64,000 nt of DNA from Phoronis australis (GCA_002633005.1 NMRA01000011.1:1562555-1626554), one strand, 5' to 3'. Positions 38,963 through 52,029 are shown, numbered from the stretch's first letter. A program made the numbers and translations. The notes: a model not told the origin generated them from the letters alone.

Positions 38963-40616
38963 TCTTGATGTAATAAATTCGAAATTTGAGTTTTGTTCCA
39001 CGAGACAATGTTATAGTGGACAAACACTTTAGAGTACCCTCTGGCTCCGCACAGCAGGTCTCGTGCAGACAGAGCGCGTGGCAGCACGGGTGCCAACTTT
39101 CCCGGCCAGCTGTGTTGCACAATATTAGAATGACGTGGTCAAAGAGTTCCCATATAGTGACAACATCTCAGTATAATTATTTGGAAAAATAGCTTGCTAC
39201 GTCAGACCTTCGTTGCTGATAAATCTGTGAGTGCAGCACTTCAACATGAACGAAACGAGAAATGTAATAGCTGAAAATTACAAACTTAACAATAAAAGCC
39301 GTCCGAGTGTCACAAACCCTAAATATGGGGTAGTTAGTTGATGCAGACCTGCAAATCCTACTGGAGACGAAAGTTGGGATTTATGTAGCTCCGGGTGACC
39401 TCCCCTCCCCGCATCACCATCACCTCTTAGTACCNCTCGTAAATCCTCCACTGGTGTATTATTGCTGTAGCAACTGTCAGTAATCTCCTATATCTGTTTG
39501 ACCTTTTGGCTCGACCATTTCCTCAGAGAAATGGTCCATAGAACATCCCAAGCTCCCCTACTTACTCCAAATGTCGGTGAATGGTGAGATCTCCGTATTC
39601 GGAAAATCGTCATATTGACAGAAACACTTCCATACACATTCTTTCGTAGTAGCTGGTAATCTAAAACTTGTTTGGGACATTTCAAAATACTGATAATCCT
39701 ATTTTCAATTAACATTAAACTATTGATCTCTACAAATTTCTCGCCGGCTGTTCGGGAGGCCAAATTTCCTTTGGTGTTATTTGCACAGTTTGATAATAAT
39801 GATGATGAACTGAAGAGGGAGTAACCGTAGGACGGTTTAACATAACTAGCAAGTGCAAATTAGTTGATTAATTTAAATTGAATTGCATTGAGTAACGGCT
39901 ATCAGTTGTGTAATAGCTCAGTGTGTAAAACGGTTAGTCCATTAGCAAGGCGAAGCAGCAGACATTTCATTAAACTATTTAATAGTCGAACTTGGGAATT
40001 AATCGGTGTCGTTATGGTGAAAAGTACTTTACTAATCGAAAATTGACGTCATTATAAAGAGGTTGTATACAATTTCTCCGGAGCCGTGCAGGAAAAAGAA
40101 AATGAACATTTAGCCATGATTTGTATTATCAGAATTAATAAAGTATTGACTGGTGAAAACCAGTCCATGAACATATTGGATTAAAAAATAAAACAAAGCA
40201 ATAGATTGCATAATTCGAAATAAATAAACGTGTCTCATAAGAAAATATAATATAATGTCATTTTGTTCTAATATGGGCATGATTGGTGAGAACTTGTAGT
40301 ATGCTCTGACAAGTGCTTGGCAACTACCAAAAATACTGATCATTGATAGCTTAGGGTGAATGTGTTACATGTATGTGTTGTTTGCTTCAAACATGGCTTT
40401 GCCATCAAAACTGTTTTGGCTGCCTGGCTATTCCTCACACGCTAGAAACTTTAGAGCAGTGTTTCCTCAGAAGTACAATGTACTGAAATTTATAAAGACG
40501 CTTTGTAGTGAATTGAAATCAGTATGACAATTTTACTTAAAATTTCAGGTTCTAAAAACCCCATCCCGGCTGCAAAATGTTTAGTAGACGAAATTCAATG
40601 TTGAACCGTTTTAGCT

Positions 40617-41058
40617 CAAGGAGATTAACAGTTGGTCGGACTTCAGACCAGTCGGCTGGATTGCAAAACCAACTCGACTTTAAAACGCGAAGGCCTCACC
40701 CAAAAAACTAGTTGTCTAGAACCCCATGCTATAACCAGATGTCCGGAGTTCAAACACGACAATCCGGGACTTCCTCGGAGACTCGCTTTCAATGTAGGTC
40801 TCGAAGATTCAAGTTACATCTAGTGTTTATTTTTCGTATACGTTTGTTTTTTTTTGTTCAAAATTGGCGATTTGTTAGGCTATGATGTTTGAGCACAGGC
40901 CAACCCGTTTTAGTTCCGGCCAGGCAGGTTTTTGGGTGCGGCCACCTGAGTTTGAGTTACCAGCTAACCCGTTTTGCGCTCTGGCCATCAAGTTATAACA
41001 CCGGCTATTCGGTTTTGCAGTCCAGCCATCTGGTTTTGAAGTGCAGATTTCCCCCTTG
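40617..41058. mobile_element. CAAGG...CCTTG MITE with 5-bp TSD
   Basis: Imperfect inverted ends; TAGCT at 40612-40616 and 41059-41063. Confidence 0.7.
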
Positions 41059-41674
41059 TAGCTGCGGCCACGAGCATAGAGTGAGCGTCCCTAGAAATTG
41101 ACTTTCATCTATGCAGCCTTCGCGTGGCTCGTAAACCGTTGCTCATTAAAAATTCGGTAAAACAGATCGATTGTTGGTATAGTACAAAATGTATCTTTTT
41201 ATTTTTAAGCAATAGTAAAAAATATGTGTAAGATTCAACTAACTTGAAATGCATTAAACATTTATTTACGGGTAGTGGAAGCGTAATAAAAAGAAGACCG
41301 GATAAATGTAGTCAATCTTCAGTTGTCGTGATTGCGAGTACCAATGTCATGAAACAAACAAATTTAGTCGTGCAGCCATTCGACTATCTCTAGTGGATTC
41401 ATGGTTTGTCTAAAATTAAGAATAATATCGCACAATACTAGAAAGCTTCCAAAAGGGTCTCCGACAAGGACAACTTTTCATGGAGACGCTGTATGTGTTT
41501 TAAAGGAGAATGCCACCCGATCTATTTCGTTTTTTACTGTCTCAATCGGTCTATATCCACATCAGCCCGTATACAGTCTATCTCTCCTCGCCGAGAAGTG
41601 TCGCGTTAACATTTGAGGAAGATGAGTACACGACGCAGCGACGTCAGTGGTTATTCGGCAGAGTGAGTGCCGCT

Positions 41675-41880
41675 ATGGTGTGGTGTATCGTTCCCGCTTG
41701 CGAACCATGACACTGCGAGGAAAGCACGTAAATCGTTTTTTTTTTTTTAATTTGCTCGAGAACCGGAAATGCTACAGAAGGGATTTGCAGCAGTAAAGAA
41801 TGAAAAGCACGCCGTTAATACCAAGTATGAGGCCGTGAAATATTTCCTTGTCTATGGCCGGCATTCTTCTGCATCAAAAT
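41675..41880 (+). pseudogene. Degenerate THAP domain relic
   Basis: MVWCIVPAC..FF.FAREPEMLQK(W>G)FAAVKNEKHAVNTKYEAVKYFLVYGRHS read across frameshifts; spacing matches the 28057 THAP. Confidence 0.6.
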
Positions 41881-42621
41881 GAGTTATTCTCACCCTAACC
41901 ATTGTTTAAAACTGAAACAAAGTGTCTCGAATGCCTGTCTGAGAAGATGCAGTTTGTAATGTCTTTGTAGCTTTGTCGTGTAAATGTTTTGAGAAAACAA
42001 TAACGAATACTGAAATCATACTGCGTTACCGGCTTAAGGTTATNTTGACTTTCATCTATGCAGCCTTCGCGTGGCTCGTAAACCGTTGCTCATTAAAAAT
42101 TCGGTAAAACAGATCGATTGTTGGTATAGTACAAAATGTATCTTTTTATTTTTAAGCAATAGTAAAAAATATGTGTAAGATTCAACTAACTTGAAATGCA
42201 TTAAACATTTATTTACGGGTAGTGGAAGCGTAATAAAAAGAAGACCGGATAAATGTAGTCAATCTTCAGTTGTCGTGATTGCGAGTACCAATGTCATGAA
42301 ACAAACAAATTTAGTCGTGCAGCCATTCGACTATCTCTAGTGGATTCATGGTTTGTCTAAAATTAAGAATAATATCGCACAATACTAGAAAGCTTCCAAA
42401 AGGGTCTCCGACAAGGACAACTTTTCATGGAGACGCTGTATGTGTTTTAAAGGAGAATGCCACCCGATCTATTTCGTTTTTTACTGTCTTAATCGGTCTA
42501 TATCCAAATCATCCCGTATACAGTCTATCTCTCCTCGCCGAGAAGTGTCGCGTTAACATGTGAGGAAGATGAGTACATGACGCAGCGACGTCAGTGGTTC
42601 TTCGGCAGAGTGAGTGCCGCT

Positions 42622-42820
42622 ATGGTGTGGTGTATCGTTCCCGCTTGCGAACCATGACAACGCGAGGAAAGCACGTAAATCGTTTTTTTTTAATTTGCTC
42701 GAGAACCGGAAATGCTTCAGAAGTGATTTGCAGCAGTAAAGAATGAAAAGCACGCCATTAATACCAAGTATGAGGCCGTGAAATATTTCCTTGTCTATGG
42801 CTGGCATTCTTCTGCATCAA
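42622..42820 (+). pseudogene. Second (probably allelic) copy of the degenerate THAP relic
   Basis: Same sequence as 41675, with the Trp position read as TGA. Confidence 0.55.
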
Positions 42821-43402
42821 AATGAGTTATTCTCACCCTAACCATTGTTTAAAACTGAAACAAAGTGTCTCGAATGCCTGTCTGAGAAGATGCAGTTTGT
42901 AACGTCTTTGTAGCTTTGTCGTGTAAATGTTTTGAGAAAACAATACTGAAATCATACTGCGTTACCGGCTTAAAGTTATTCCAAGCCTTATTTAGTGGTC
43001 TCCATCATTCTAACTCGTATATCAAAAACCTAAGCTGTTTTAACTAGTAAAAGTATGTATGTTCGGAAAAATGATCAGGAAATACATAGGTTATTACATG
43101 TTCTTAGTCGTTATCCCCCGTATTCTAGAGCCCGACTAGATTTTGGAGAATTATCCACAATCCACGAAGTTAAAAGCGACAGCGAGCGAAACTTGTAGTA
43201 CATGCATCTACAACAAGAGACTTGGGTAGGCGTAGTGATATATTTACCATAGCAACGACTCATTCACGACTAGCTGGCCAAACGAGGTCGCTGTATGTTC
43301 AAGTTGCGTGTATTTGCGCACTGAAAGCACTGTTTTCACCTTAATTTTCAAGTTTGTTGGAATAAAATTTTAGATGGGGTTTTACTGATATGCTTATGAT
43401 TT

Positions 43403-44230
43403 GGGATTGTTCTAAAACCTCTCGACCCCCACATCCCACGAACCATTCGACATACACTGTAGAACAAGCGCTTACTTGCAGGACCAACAAGTCGGCCCGT
43501 TAGCTCCCCTGGCTTTTCCCTGTTTTTTTTGCAATTAAGAGAGTGAAATCGGCAAGTTTGAAAGCCAAAAACAGAAAAAACACGACCAGATCAAACCAAA
43601 GACCTGCCAACGTTACAAATGTCGTTACCGGTAAAGTGTAATCGTCTCGTCTGCTTTTCAGTGGATGCAGTGGATGTCAGGTTCAAGCTTATTGGGAGAG
43701 CGCGAGGAACCGACGAATGTGATACAGCGCTGTATTTATTCAGTAAATGCAGTGTGGAAATACAAACCGTTAACTTAAATGTATCTCAACGTTAAATGGA
43801 GTATATTGTAAAGGAGTTTACAACAGAAAGTCAATGATAAAATGTGTAATTATGTCCACGTTAACGTACTCTCTCCCTAATTTTAGTAGAACAGGGCCAT
43901 TGGTAGCCGCTCGTGGAACTATTTCCGTGACAATTAACGATAGCACGCTCACAATTCGCTATTTCAGATCATGTTCTGACGCTACTTTCTTTTTAAAACC
44001 ACCAGACTAAGCCAGAGCAGATAGTCGTGTAGGTAAATCTTATGGGAAAGTCATTTAGGGAAGTAAGATGATGATGGAATGTGTAAAAAGCGCAAAGATA
44101 CGTCTATATAGCCACAGGCCGTGGAGGTTGTGGGTCGTGGGGGGAGGGGGTTGTGGGTCGAGGGTTTCGTGAGTCGAATTTACTGTGATCGTGGGGTGTG
44201 GGGACCGTCGAGGGGATTTTAGGTCAATCC
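43403..44230. mobile_element. Non-autonomous DNA element with GC-rich subterminal repeats (possibly PIF/Harbinger-like)
   Basis: gggattgttctaaaacc...ggattttaggtcaatcc inverted ends; interior homologous to ~58845-59697. Confidence 0.65.
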
Positions 44231-45815
44231 TAAGATTTGTGCTTTGTATTGGGTTCGATTGTCATTTGTAAGGGACTTTCAATTACTCGACTAACACCAA
44301 TACAGAATTCGAGCGGTGAGTTATAAAATATAACGAGATGAGGTTATAATACTAGCGCATATTTAGCCCGCCATTGCCAGGGTTATTTTCTCTAGTGAAA
44401 ATACTGTGTTGAACATGCAGCAGTAATATTTCCCGCCGTATCATCACCTACACTGTATGTATGATAAAAGTGCAATAAAAACGAATAATGCTGTTGTAAG
44501 AAGTTGAGCACAGCTTAAAGCACATTGATTTATAGGCATGCATAACAGACGGAGGCTTACTGTCTGGGAAGAAAATGAAAAACACATTGAAAAGACGACA
44601 ATGATAGTGTAAATAATTGATTATATCACGATAGATTGAAATGCGCAATCAGAATACGTTGCAACAGTTCGCCTTGAGCAACTGGAACATAAATGACATA
44701 GGGAATAAAATCAAACGTTATTGTATTCGATGACGTGATGTTACAGAAACAAGTCGAGACGTTACAACAGGTAATTTATGAGGTGTCGTAATTGTTCACA
44801 GATGATCTTTTGTGCATGATTATTTACTGTCAGTATGGGCCAGTGACCTTGACACAAAATACATGTAAATAATAGAAAATAACTCATACCTTTATTTATC
44901 ACGAAACAGGGATTGTATCTTAATACTGGTTGGTCAAAGACGTCTGGAATTACGATTAAAGGACAGTCAAAGAGTTTAGAAGGTGTCCATGGCGGTCCCA
45001 CAAGAGCTGAATGCTGTGCTGTGTGTTGCTGTAACGTAAGAGGTTTAGGTGTAGGTTTGATGAAAGAAAATGGCACATTCACCTTCTGGGAGGTCTCAGT
45101 TTCGAATAGAAGAAACTAGAGTTTTCCAAGTCAGTAATTTTGCGTGCAGCTTAGAAAGAAAATAACTTGTCAGGTAGACTCAAAGGCCCACATCATTCGT
45201 CAAGATATTGCAGGTTCGTAGCCAGGGAGGGGGTTCGGGGGTTCGATCGAAGCCCCCTCCTTCTTTATCCGCGAAAAAGGTCCAGCCCCGGCCTTACCGT
45301 TAAAGATAGGATATAGATGGACAACAACAACAAAATTGTTGTAGCTACTGGTACTACTAACTACAGCGACTACTAAGTCAGTAATAATTTTGAATTTACT
45401 TTACGTAATCGTGGGGGCGCACCCGGCGGTAAACTTTCGACCTAATGGTGCTTGATGATAGGATCGTGCAAGCTTTATGCTGTTCATCGGCATTGACCCC
45501 GCGTGGTGGCTACAATAGGGCAACGTGGGAGTCCAGAAGTAAATGTCTATACCTAGCTAAGCTATAAAGCAGTGAGAGACCTCCCATAAAGTAGTGCAGT
45601 GTTAACATCTTAAAATGGCCAAGAAACAAAATAGGTTTGTTATTTGCAGAGTACAGTAAAGTGCAGGCGTTTTCAAATTTCCACTTTCCTTGTGGATTGG
45701 TGGATGACATGCATGCGTGTATACGTGTGTGCGTTTCTATTCTTTTAAATTCAGTATACGCCGGTGATAATTAAGTTCACTATAGGCTAAAAAATCAGAC
45801 ATTTAACTACATGTA

Positions 45816-45885
45816 CATTGGCGGTGCATCATAGGGGGTTGGGGGGGGCATAATCACCACTTTTTTCAGTACTGCGCCGCCCATG
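45816..45885. mobile_element. ~70-bp CATGG-family MITE (nested)
   Basis: CATTGGCGG...CCGCCCATG; reverse-orientation relative of 23046. Confidence 0.65.
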
Positions 45886-46452
45886 AACTACCGTATTTTC
45901 TTGCACTAACAAAATCCCGGCGAGCATGTTCATATTATTAGGGAAAAGTAGGTCTAGACCTAATAAAAACTTTGGTCAATGAAGAAAGTCTTCTCTTGTC
46001 AGTCAGTGCCAATGGCGCACAACCTCGCGGCGTCATACAAGCAACCAATTTGATGGAAAAGATTTCCAAGGTTACGTGTCACTATTCCGAAGGTTCACTA
46101 CTCCGAAAGTCTACTACTCCGAAGTTACTCCGAAGGTGCGCTAACTTCGAAAGTTCCGACTACTTCGAATGTCCACAATTCCTAAACCAGAACTCCGGCA
46201 GTTCATTATTCTGATTGTCTGCTAATGAATCGGAACTGACCTGAGAAAAGTATTGCATTTGCGTCCACTTAGTAAGTATTTAAAGGTGTGCAAAAGTTGG
46301 ATAGTTCATAAAACATTGGTTATGTAGTTTACAAATGAGCTCAGTTCCAATCACTGCCAATCGTGAATCTTGAATCTAACTAATGACTCCTTCAGTCTCA
46401 AGCAGGGACAACATTGGGTCAGGACTTCAGCGACCAATAGCGGCGGTTTTAA

Positions 46453-46778
46453 AGGCAAAGGTAATCTTTTTTTCATGTCAATTTTAGGAAAAATACTGTT
46501 CGTTGGTTATCCCAGACGTATTTTTCACTTAATTACAGCTTTTCGTAGTATAATTAATTACTCGTGCTCTACTCCAGAAGTGACGTTTTGGGAGGCAGGA
46601 ATTTCGCGCCAATTTCTTTTCATATAGTCTGACTGTGAGAGCTGTCGAGTCAGTCATTGTTCTACCTCGGTTGTGATAAGTTCGGTCGTCGTTTGCTTTT
46701 GTTTACAAAGTCAGACAACATGCCACATTGTTGCTGCGTACCGGGATATACTCATTATCGTCTCACGCGCGCTTTGGG
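46453..46778 (+). mobile_element. Solo arm of the Kolobok-like THAP element
   Basis: TTAA at 46449-46452, then AGGCAAAGG...; homologous to ~27794-28115; MPHCCCVPGYTHYRLTRALG from ATG 46720. Confidence 0.85.
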
Positions 46779-48735
46779 AATACCAGGCTTTGCATCGCTT
46801 TCCAAACTAGTTTATATCAAGAAACACGAGTACTAACGCCGATATCGTCCGAAAGTCCAACCAAAATTCTGTTGAATAACTGTATGTACATTCGACGTTT
46901 CACCATAAACGATTGTGGGATGACATTCGAAAAAGGCGGTGCGAGAATAAATAGTCAGAGAAAGCGACACCTGGCGCAAGAACTATACAGTAACAAATCT
47001 ACTTAGAAGCCGGGAAACACGCGTATTCGTACGCGTAAATCAGAATAGCATAACATGGCAATCTACAGTAACACTCGTTTTCCGTATTTGAAAGACATGC
47101 GGTCAATTTCGCAGGCGCGTGAAAACCGGACGTTGTTTGAGCATAGGTACACCATCTAGTGCATCTAGTAACCGAAGTGTCGTTTATTTTTAAATGTAAA
47201 AGTATATCTGATACACCCAAGTCCGAAATTTATATCTTTTCCGAGTAGTGAACCTTCGAAATAGAGAGCGTTCAGAGTAGTGAACTTTTGGAATAGTGGG
47301 CTGTTCCCATTTCCAGCGATGTATGCCTTTGCAAGTTAAGAAACACAACCAGCTCAAAATATTCAAGTCGATCATTCTCTGACTAAATATTTCCGTCCGT
47401 GTATGTAATGAGGTGTCATATAGCACGCCCGGTTTGAAAGTTTGGCAGGGGGTAACGCGGGAACGTTCTCTGGACCACATTGCATCCGAATTTGGGTTCC
47501 GTTCTTTGCGAGCAACCGTCAGGGCATCATCCTTTCTGGTATTACGAATTCCGTATGATCTTGGGAACATAGAGCTGAGAGTCATTGTTGTGTATGCAGA
47601 TTTCCCTCCTCCCCTAGTTAAGCTGCGTCAAGGGCCTTGCCGAAAACTCTAGTGTCGACGTTTGCAAAATATCAAAGGTCCGCCGTTCTAGAAATTTGAA
47701 GACCCCCCGCGCAATGCTGGTTACAGGCCTGTATTGAAAAAACGAAAGACCAACATGCAGTTGAAAAGACGATGGTTAAAGTCGCTTCTCGTTAACAGAT
47801 AAATAACGGAAAGGGTTAAGAGCAGCATACTCAGACACTTGTTAAATTGAATTGTCATTTCCGATCACGAGCATCTCACCGACCTTGAGTTCAATTCTCT
47901 GTGGAGAATTCCACGAGTTATTCAGCCTTGAACGGGTTTGAATAATAACCAGTTTGCAATACTTTCTTCTGGGGATGGCGTTTAGTAATAAACGCCGAAA
48001 CATGCCATCGTTGGTTTTATTCAAAAATACTTTATAACCAATAACAAATTGAAGAAGCAATACATGGCAAAACTAAGCATGCATATTTTGGGATTAGCAC
48101 ATGTACGTGCATGCGCGTTTTATAATTTATTCATGCATGTGCTTCCTAAAGTATGCAGTCTTTAGGTCAAAGAACGCTGTAACGCAGTTGGAAGTAGCAT
48201 GCTAAAACGTCTACTAAATATTTTAGACTATTTTGACCTCACCTCGATGTTGAATAAATAGTCTAATCTTGTATTGTAGTTAAAAACAGATATAATGTGA
48301 CAAAAATGCAAAAAGCATTCTCCGAAGATAGTAGATTCACCATGAGGCAAAATACAAAAAATACACCGACTGTGAAAAAGAAACGTGCAACATACAACGC
48401 GTTCGGGGAGTGAGCCAATACAGAAACAGTTATTTAATTAAGTAATGATAAGGAAACACAGACAACCAATAATGGAAAAAGATCGTAAGAACGCGGAACA
48501 ATAAAGATCCTAGGACGTATAGCCAAGAGAAATGGGTTAAGGTAAGATCGAAGGCGATGTACAAATAAAATAATAGACGCGAGTCCCACAGTTTGCGGGT
48601 TCAGTACACCTGTACCCACTATAACACTGACCTTCGGATGTCTACATACAATGTACCTCTAAATTTACCACTACAACACTGGTGTTAAAATCACGAAACG
48701 GACAATCGCCTCACAAATGAAAAGGTTCATATTAA

Positions 48736-48775
48736 TTCGACGTTTCGTCTATTCATCAGACATCATCAGGACACA
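48736..48775 (-). ncRNA. Minimal type I hammerhead ribozyme motif (Penelope-like element pLTR type), possibly degenerate
   Basis: Minus strand reads GUC-CUGAUGA-U-GUCU-gaugaau-AGAC-GAAAC-GUC-GA: both core boxes, 4-bp stem II, GUC triplet; stem I only ~2 bp. Confidence 0.6.
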
Positions 48776-48804
48776 AACAATCAGACATCAAGTGTCGACA
48801 TAAC

Positions 48805-48950
48805 AGCAAACAGGTCATCACCATAGCTGCAGGGTCACTGAGCTCTGCATGTTGTTATTGTTGTTGCACTCATTTCACTTCATGGATGCAACCTGACTCT
48901 GAACATGCAGAGCTCAGTGACCCTGCAGCTATGGTGATGACCTGTTTGCT
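48805..48950. repeat. Perfect 49-bp inverted repeat with 48-nt spacer
   Basis: 48805-48853 is the exact reverse complement of 48902-48950. Confidence 0.9.
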
Positions 48951-49029
48951 ATTTGCTGTTATTTTTGTCATTGATAAAATCATGAAGAACTGACATTCAG
49001 TTTTTGAATTAAAGTTTTTGTTCCGCAAT

Positions 49030-49684
49030 TACAGGTGTGGTGATGTAAGTTACAAAAAACTACTCGTGTATTCATTTGCGTATATATATGAGTGTGTGTG
49101 CGTGTGTGTGTGTCTGTGTCTGTGTCTGTGTGCGCGCGCGTGTGTGTGTATGTGTTTGTGTGCGCGCGCGCGTGTGTGTGTGCGTGTATGTTTCATTTGC
49201 GCATTGTTTCCATTGTCCAGGTGGACTGTTAATTCGAAGTCTGAGCAGTAATGCTTCATGTATCTGTGTTATTTACCTATACCGGTGAAATAAAATTTGA
49301 AAACTGAAAAGTTTAAGTATGTCTTGTACTTGCCAATATTGTCTTGATTTCAGTGGACTGTCCCATTTTGTAAAATTTTTCACACCAGTCCTCCACACCA
49401 TCAAATTGCCCCGCATTTGACAAACGGCGAAACTGACATGTTATCATATACTATTAAGATTTTCCACGTGACATAGCGAGTAAAATAACCCTTACGTTTC
49501 GTGCATTTTTACGGCACCCACAATTTCCCATTCGATTTAAAAAAGCCGTCGAACGCTTTTGGGTGTCTCTGCGAACATTTCACTCTTGCGTTTTGTCGTA
49601 AACCTAGATGTCCCGCTTTACATCCGAATGCCGGCTTTTCAATCCACTTGTTCCGTTTTTTTTTCAACTTCAAATGTTGACAAC
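49030..49684 (-). repeat. Interspersed repeat with internal (TG)n/(CG)n microsatellite, copy 2
   Basis: Inverted homolog of ~6738-7335; microsatellite at ~49092-49188. Confidence 0.65.
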
Positions 49685-50493
49685 TGTGCAGCAGGTGCTC
49701 AGAATGGTATTGCATCCTTGTTTTGAATATTGATATTTCTCAGAGTCCACTTTCTTTAGTAATTACACCAATCGTCAAAATCTGTTTCAATGTCTTTTGT
49801 TTACGGTGACAAACTCTAACAATTGATTTTTACGTTCTAAACAATTGGATCTCGTGTTCTATGGTCACATTTAATGAGAAGCAATTATTATTTCACTAGC
49901 GTTAGTTATTGATCCAGATTGCCGAAGAAAGGCAAAAGAAAAGGCATAATAACCATATTGGTAATTATCTTGAGAAACAACCAGTAAAGCATTTACTTAA
50001 GCGATAGTTTTTGTATTAGCTTATTTGTTTTAGGTGCTGACGTACACGATCAATTGCTCTCGTATGTATCGAAGTAGGATTTTCCATGTGCTCGTATCTA
50101 AGAGCTGGATTATTCTTTGAATACCGTATTCGCTCTAATAAGCCACCATGCCCCTATAAGCGCCCCCAACGTGTTTTCAGACTTTACTAAAATAAGCGCC
50201 CAAGTCCATGAACGTGTACATGCGAAGAATGCCTTACCAACAGTTCTAAAATTCTACAGCAACGTCTTCAATTTATCCTGAAAAAATCATTGTGCGTGGA
50301 ATTTGTTGACAACGACTCCCACGAGCCTCGCTGCTATGTCGGTACGTAGCCGCGACTATACTCTTCAAACTTCCGCCGTGCTAAAGTTTTGCTCATCTTG
50401 CGAGTAACGTGTCCCACTACATGGTCTGGCTTTTCAGAACATACGCAGCGTACTTGTCAACGGGATTGTATTGTATCTTTCCCGTACAGATCT

Positions 50494-51460
50494 CATAGGC
50501 GGATTTAGGGGGCCCCANGGGGCCCGGCCCCCCCCCCTTGGCTGCCGCAAAAAATAAAACAGTAAGAGCGTAGGGAAATGTTGAATTTATTAATTAACCC
50601 CGGTAATTAAAATTTTACGGATGAAAAAAGATTTAAATGTGTAAAGTTTTAGTGTTGGGGGAGGTCTCAAATCCACTTTGAAGTGTCAAATTTGGAACAC
50701 GGCGCATTCGTAACGGAACTATGGCTAAGTATAGGCTCTCCCGCGATATCCCAGGCGACCGGCAGTGGCGCTGCGCACTACGACTCCGTTTCCGTCGTCT
50801 GCCCCACTGTGCAAAGAAGAACATTTACTTCATTTTTTAAAGAAAATGGAACCTGAGTGACGATGAAAACATAGAAGCTGCTGGTAAGATGTGAATTTTA
50901 ATCGAAGTCTTGGTGAATCACTCAGAAACTCGCAATACTCTCTTTAGTGTCAAACCTTATCTTAAGACGATTTCCAAAGCAATCCCGTCATTATTGCCAA
51001 CAACAAAAACGGATTTGGTCTTTTGGGCATTTGAAGACTATTTTAAATACGACAAATTTGTTAAGAATCGATGGCACAAAACGTATAATAAGCATTACGA
51101 AAAGAAGTAGGTTTCGCGCGCAAACGCTGTGGACCATAAACAAGTAGGACTTTTTGCAATACCGATGTACTTTTAAGTGCTTAAAAGTGGTGGTGGTGTA
51201 ATGGTTACGCTCGGCCGCGTTGTGCCCCAGGTCGTGAGTTCGAGTCTGTAATACACGATTTTTGTTTTTTTCTTTATTGCCTTTTTTTCTTGGATAATAT
51301 TTCAGGAATCAAGGAAAATGCTTGCTTTTTAGAGGTAAGAACAGAAAAATTTCCCCCCATTCGGTGCTATGCGCATCTACAATCGTGGTTCAGTTTGCGC
51401 AAATGCTTACAGCGGGACAAAATGTTGGGCCCCCCTTGTGATATCCTAGATCCGCCACTG
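50494..51460. mobile_element. hAT5-like internally deleted element (nested)
   Basis: CATAGGCGGAT...ATCCGCCACTG; flanks GATCT/AATCT (4/5 match); same termini as 4926 and 18302. Confidence 0.7.
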
Positions 51461-51506
51461 AATCTGAAGTTAATCCTGAATCCGCAGGAACTTAAAATCA
51501 CAGAAA

Positions 51507-52029
51507 ACACCTTCTCATTTGAAATGAGCTTTTCTCAAATAAATGAGCTTCGAAAAAAGGACTTAAATTGAATACTTAATAAGGTATTGCCCAGACAATG
51601 CCACACTTGCATATTCATTAAACGGTCTACTCTATATATATATATATATAGGGTATACCACTAGCGTCATTCGTTTGAGTGGTCTATCCTATATATATAT
51701 AGGGTAGACCACCGACTTCATTCGTTGGAGTGGTCTATCCTATATATATATATAGGATACCATTGACGTCATTCGTTTGAGTGGTCTATCCTATATATAT
51801 AGGATATACCACTGACGTCAATCGTTTGAGTGGTCTATCCTATATATATATAGGATAGACCACTCAAGCGAATGACGCTAGTGGTATACCCTGTATATAT
51901 ATAGGATAAACCGATTAATGAATTTGCAATTGTGGCATTGTCTGGGAAATACCTTATTAAGTATTCAATTTAAGTCCTTTTTTCGAAGCTCATTTATTTG
52001 AGAAAAGCTCATTTCAAATGAGAAGGTGT
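51507..52029. mobile_element. Foldback-type palindromic element with internal minisatellite
   Basis: Near-perfect inverted arms acaccttctcatttgaaatgagc.../...gctcatttcaaatgagaaggtgt; five ~39-bp units separated by (TA)n; flanks cAGAAA/tAGAAA. Confidence 0.85.

Larger units (their letters stand above)
45211..47731. mobile_element. 2.5-kb hAT5-like non-autonomous element with nested insertions
   Basis: CAGGTTCGTAGCCAG...CTGGTTACAGGCCTG; TATTG at 45206-45210 and 47732-47736. Confidence 0.7.

Noticed and set aside
41098-42979. ~940-bp tandem duplication
   Set aside because: Junction is a single N (42044) with allele-level differences; probable assembly artefact
51632-51905. CRISPR-like array of palindromic repeats
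   Set aside because: Spacers are only (TA)n, last unit is inverted, context is eukaryotic and no cas genes are present
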